Shown in pieces: positions 60,440 to 64,000 of a DNA stretch of 64,000 bases (position 1 is its first letter; each line of letters starts with the position of its first letter). The DNA comes from Chrysomallon squamiferum (taxonomy: Eukaryota > Animalia > Mollusca). Made by a program: the position numbers and the translations under genes. The DNA lies in the NCBI GenBank assembly GCA_012295275.1, contig CM022678.1:11036001-11100000 (forward strand), written 5' to 3'. The notes under the pieces were generated by a model. It did not search any database. It was given only the letters and a program-made list of their open reading frames with translations, and was not told where the DNA came from.

Positions 60440-60487
60440 TAACAATAACAACAACAACAACAGCAATAATAATAAAAGTATAGCATT

Positions 60488-60559
<72 letters not shown>

Positions 60560-61758
60560 AGTTTTATACGTGTATATTTTTGTATGCGAAAAAAAAAAAA
60601 AAAAAAAAAAGATTGTGAGAGAAGTTAAGATAAAATACAGAATGGAATTTTAAAAATAAAAAATAAAAATGTTGTGCCTTTGTGTATGATTATGTATATT
60701 TGAGTGTGCTTGTGTGTGTTAGCGCATGTTTGCGTGTTTGTGCGTGTGTGTGTGTGTATACATGTCGTCTGCGAGGCAGACGTGAACTTCTATAACACAT
60801 TTCCTAGAAGACCTTTTTTTAACAGTATGATAGTAATAGTTGAAGCAATAGTGGTAGCAATAGTAGGAGTAGTAGTAGTAACAGCTGAAGTAATAGTAGC
60901 AGTAAAAGAAGGAAAAGTAGTAACAGTAGTAGCAGTAGTAATATAGTAGTAGTAGTACTATGTTGAAGTGGTAGTGGAAATAGGTCAGTTTTACTCACAT
61001 CAGAAGAAAATATATTTTTCAGATCTGGTATTGAACCATTCCATGGTTCTCGTAAGTTCAAACTGCCGTCATAATTCAAATATGCTAAAAATAAATAAAT
61101 AAATAAATTAGACATGTTTAAGCCAACGACAAAAGCAAATTACTTCCATACAAAGTTAGTATTAATGAAACTGTTTCCTATTTACTTGTGTGAACCGCAC
61201 AAACACTGATAAACAACCATCCTATATTTTGTTGTTGTTGTTGTCCTTGTTTGTTACTGTTGTTTGGTTGAGGTTTTTTTTTTTTGGGGGGGGGTGTAGT
61301 TGGGTTTTATTAGTTGGTTTCAAGAAGAAGGAAACAGAAACGATTTTTATTTTGTTTTTCATCTTTTACACACACACACACACATAAACAAACCATAAAA
61401 CTATTGGCCAATAGTATAATGTGACTGATACTGGTTAAATAATGAAAGCAGACGTGTTTTGTTTATTTCCCGCGCTCTGAAGGGCTGATTTCGCGCGAGA
61501 AGAAAACGGGCTGTGATTCAGCATGGCAGTATCACTTGTGAAAACATTGAACTTATTTTATGTATTTATCTACATATCTCCTGTATGATGCGCGGTATAA
61601 ACCTGTGCCCATATATAAACACACACACTGATACATACACAGATATAAGCGTGAATACTCACCCACACATACATTCATAGGTACACACATACATACATAC
61701 ATACATACATATATACATACATACACACAGAGATACATACAAATATATACATACATAT

Positions 61759-61789
<31 letters not shown>

Positions 61790-62918
61790 CATACATACAT
61801 ACACACATATATACACATATATACACTCAGAAATACATACAAATACATACAAATACATACAAATATATACATACATATATACATACATACAAACATACAC
61901 ACATACATACATACACACACAGATGTACATACATATATACATGACCACACACATACATACATACATACATACACACACATACATACATACATATATACAT
62001 ACATACACATACATACACACACACACACACATACATACATACGTACGTACGTAATACACACATACACAGTATAACTAAAACTCTGTATTTGCAGTAAACA
62101 GTTTACACCACCAGTAAACATTTTGTGCTGTGTTTTAAAATAACAACGTGATACTCACGTGATGGTGACGATGACGTTGCAGGTGATGATGTGGACGGAG
62201 GTATAACAGACGTCGCCTGTGACGATGATGATGAGACTAAATTGAAAAAATTAAACAAATAACAACCGAAATTAAATAGCAGTAATTTACGTAACATGTG
62301 AGATACAGAAATGTTTATCACGTATGACGCAAAGGTCAAAGGAATAAAATTAAAAAAAATAAAATATAAAACACGTGATTTCAAAGTATAAGTGATGTAT
62401 GTCAAGTATGAAAGAACCGCCTTGGACTAAAATAACACACAGCAAAGTGGTTAAAATTTAATACTGCAGTCATACTGTTAAACGTAATTTAAACTATTGC
62501 AGTTTTGTAGTACTTGAAACATGATCATTTTTATATGTGTTTATTCTTTTTTTTTTTTTTTTGGCAGTAGCAGTAGTAGTTGTTGTTGTAATGGGTAGTG
62601 GTAGTAGTAGTCGATGTTACTGTTGTTGTTGTAGTAGAAATGGCGATGACAGGGGTGCTAATATCACTGACTTCCTACAGAAATTTTAAAAAGTTGTTTC
62701 GTAGCCTACAGTCATACTGTATCTATGTTTATGCATACACGTGTGTGTGTTGGTCTGTCAGTCTATATATATGTGTGTATATGGAACATGCATATATGTA
62801 TGTACGTACAGATGTATGTGTGTGTATGTGTGTACAAATATGTATGTGTGTGAATATATGTGCGTATATGTGTGCGCTCGTGTTTATGATTGTGTGTTTG
62901 AATGAATATGTTAGTGTT

Positions 62919-62974
<56 letters not shown>

Positions 62975-63980
62975 CTGTACAGGTGTAAGATAACAAGTGG
63001 TATTCTACGAGTGACGTCATCGCACGTGCGTGTAGTTAACGGTAACGCTGGAAAAATGAGAAACGTTTTCTCGATGATTAATCATTTGTTTTGTTTAGAC
63101 ACGTACATCAACAACAATTTACTTTTCTTCTTTCTTATCAGTTCTCTCTAGAGAATCCAACAAAGGGAAACCATCAAGCTCCCGTAGTTATTTATATATT
63201 TATATATATATATATATATATAATACGTTATATATTTTACTGTTCACTAACATTTGACGTCATAAAGGTTCGTTCTGTTAAAAAGTTTGTTTGTTGTTGT
63301 TGTATTAATACCTATAGTGACTGTAATTTTTTCCTGTCGGTTAAATATGACACAACTATCGCTACTCCCTTGTATCTAAATCATGGACTGGATCCTGCAT
63401 TCCACCCGTGTACAAATATAGCTACTGAAGTTAAGTGTTAAGCCTAATATTCCTGATGATGAAATCTAAAGACTAAGATCGTAGGATAGGCAACCCCAGG
63501 TATGTTAATTATTCGATTAGTGTGTAATATTATTTTTTATCAGCATTTTTTATCTCATTCGGGTACAATCGGTTTGTTTCGTCTGTTTGTACGAAGTAAA
63601 CCGAAAATTCGTTCGGATAGTTTTTCGATTATGTTTAATAAATGTAATTGTATTGGTTAAAAAGTTTTACCTCCTTGAGTGAAAATGATAGCACAGGCTA
63701 CCCCGACGGCTAAAGCAATAACAAAAACACAACCAAGAACTATTAGTATTGCGTCTCTAGTCCTTAATTTCCGCCAACAACAGGTCGGCTCCGCCACAAT
63801 CGGTTCGGCATTTCCCGGCGCCTTGGCGGGAGGGAACTCCGGTTCGCTTTTGACTGTCCCATTGCTTTTCTCGTACGTGAAACTGGTGCTGTCGAGCACT
63901 GCAGACGATCGTATGTTGTCGTCGAAGAAGCCGACGTTGACGCTGGACGGAGAGAGATCATCACTGGTAGATCTGAATTT
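34371..63980 (-). CDS. corin-like type II transmembrane mosaic serine protease: TM-SEA-5xFz-4xLDLa-SRCR-protease-LDLa-MAM-LDLa-MAM-2xLDLa-MAM-LDLa; 5' end beyond the window
   Basis: 40 phase-compatible exons totalling 6276 nt: 63980-63671, 62236-62159, 61084-60999, 60399-60332, 58890-58703 (weak donor), 58057-57977, 57407-57168, 56543-56376, 55497-55261, 54766-54599, 53853-53608, 53114-52980, 52605-52366, 51862-51719, 51016-50777, 50133-50035, 49437-49327, 48700-48593, 47981-47874, 47511-47401, 47136-47010, 46539-46438, 46206-46157, 45986-45821, 44503-44229, 43703-43561, 43120-42964, 42643-42539, 42010-41882, 41511-41194, 40853-40734, 39744-39598, 39073-38940, 38256-38040, 37675-37565, 37012-36902, 36489-36337, 35750-35394, 35124-35050, 34483-34371 (TGA). 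Confidence 0.85.
39740..40410. repeat. AT-rich degenerate tandem repeat array (ttagatactgttaaaatat core)
   Basis: Recurring units of about 40 bp with larger duplicated blocks. Confidence 0.75.
42964..45986 (-). CDS. S1-family (trypsin-fold) serine protease domain (4 exons)
   Basis: [26 protein letters not shown] (His57), NDIAL (Asp102), PICLP, TGWG, GDSGGPL (Ser195). Confidence 0.95.
44548..45720. repeat. 42-43-bp minisatellite (about 21 copies) grading into ~62-bp units, in a protease-domain intron
   Basis: Unit ttttaaaattaatcagtgttctagtgatgtcatcaaacaaatg; aatcagt recurs at 45121 and 45164. Confidence 0.92.
46157..47136 (-). CDS. SRCR-like domain (3 exons)
   Basis: [20 protein letters not shown]...[12 protein letters not shown], in the pre-protease position typical of corin and TMPRSS proteins. 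Confidence 0.75.
47401..49437 (-). CDS. four LDL-receptor class A repeats (one exon each)
   Basis: 6-Cys repeats ending [33 protein letters not shown] and [11 protein letters not shown]. Confidence 0.9.
50035..57407 (-). CDS. five Frizzled-type cysteine-rich domains with Thr/Pro linkers (10 exons)
   Basis: Each has the 10-Cys pattern with C..GYN.T..PN, C..(L/F)C...FP.C and PC...C, split over a 237-246-nt exon and a second exon. Confidence 0.9.
51036..51372. repeat. ~15-17-bp tandem repeat (aaacataaacttttaa)
   Basis: Direct reading. Confidence 0.85.
55105..55173 (-). mobile_element. degenerate fragment of the same dispersed repeat
   Basis: The reverse complement aaatgtttgacaaacaataagtgatgacagagaattaattaatgtgttttagtgatgtcgttaaat aligns by eye to the ~62-bp unit at 45555-45625. 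Confidence 0.45.
56220..56377. repeat. ~75-bp tandem duplication containing a splice donor
   Basis: aaacacttacatg occurs three times (about 56220, 56294 and 56367). Confidence 0.85.
57977..62236 (-). CDS. Ser/Thr stalk exons flanking a SEA-like domain (5 exons)
   Basis: [15 protein letters not shown]...IFSSD|[23 protein letters not shown]|[12 protein letters not shown]...[10 protein letters not shown]. The size, residue pattern and juxtamembrane position fit SEA (inference). Confidence 0.55.
61670..62065. repeat. (CATA/CA)n compound microsatellite
   Basis: Direct reading. Confidence 0.9.
63671..63980 (-). CDS. exon encoding the cytoplasmic tail and type II transmembrane anchor
   Basis: Basic residues (RKLRTR) precede the hydrophobic [24 protein letters not shown]. 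Acceptor ttctcag|, donor G|GTAAAA. Confidence 0.85.
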
Positions 63981-64000
63981 CTGAGAAAAAACAAACAAAA

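Overview
AT-rich, microsatellite-dense animal genomic DNA with spliceosomal introns, most consistent with a lophotrochozoan such as a mollusc (inference). Most ORF-track entries are low-complexity artefacts. Manual GT-AG exon assembly gives four genes. (1) The 5' end of an unidentified minus-strand gene with a signal peptide and a 24-nt micro-exon, running off the left edge. (2) A two-exon Fer2 (48-related-2) bHLH gene on + (4325-10351, 211 aa). (3) A six-exon BMP5-8/gbb gene on + (14799-28258, 417 aa). (4) A minus-strand gene of at least 40 exons (63980-34371, at least 2091 aa, 5' end outside the window). Gene 4 encodes a corin-like type II membrane serine protease with an unusual architecture: TM, SEA-like, 5 Frizzled CRDs, 4 LDLa, SRCR, protease, then a C-terminal tail of 3 MAM and 5 LDLa. 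Its catalytic triad is intact, but the activation site is Phe-Ile and the S1 pocket is elastase-like. Non-coding highlights: tandem duplications that repeatedly copy splice sites, a minisatellite apparently seeded from a dispersed repeat end, and a CpG step near 59.9 kb that coincides with a candidate internal promoter.
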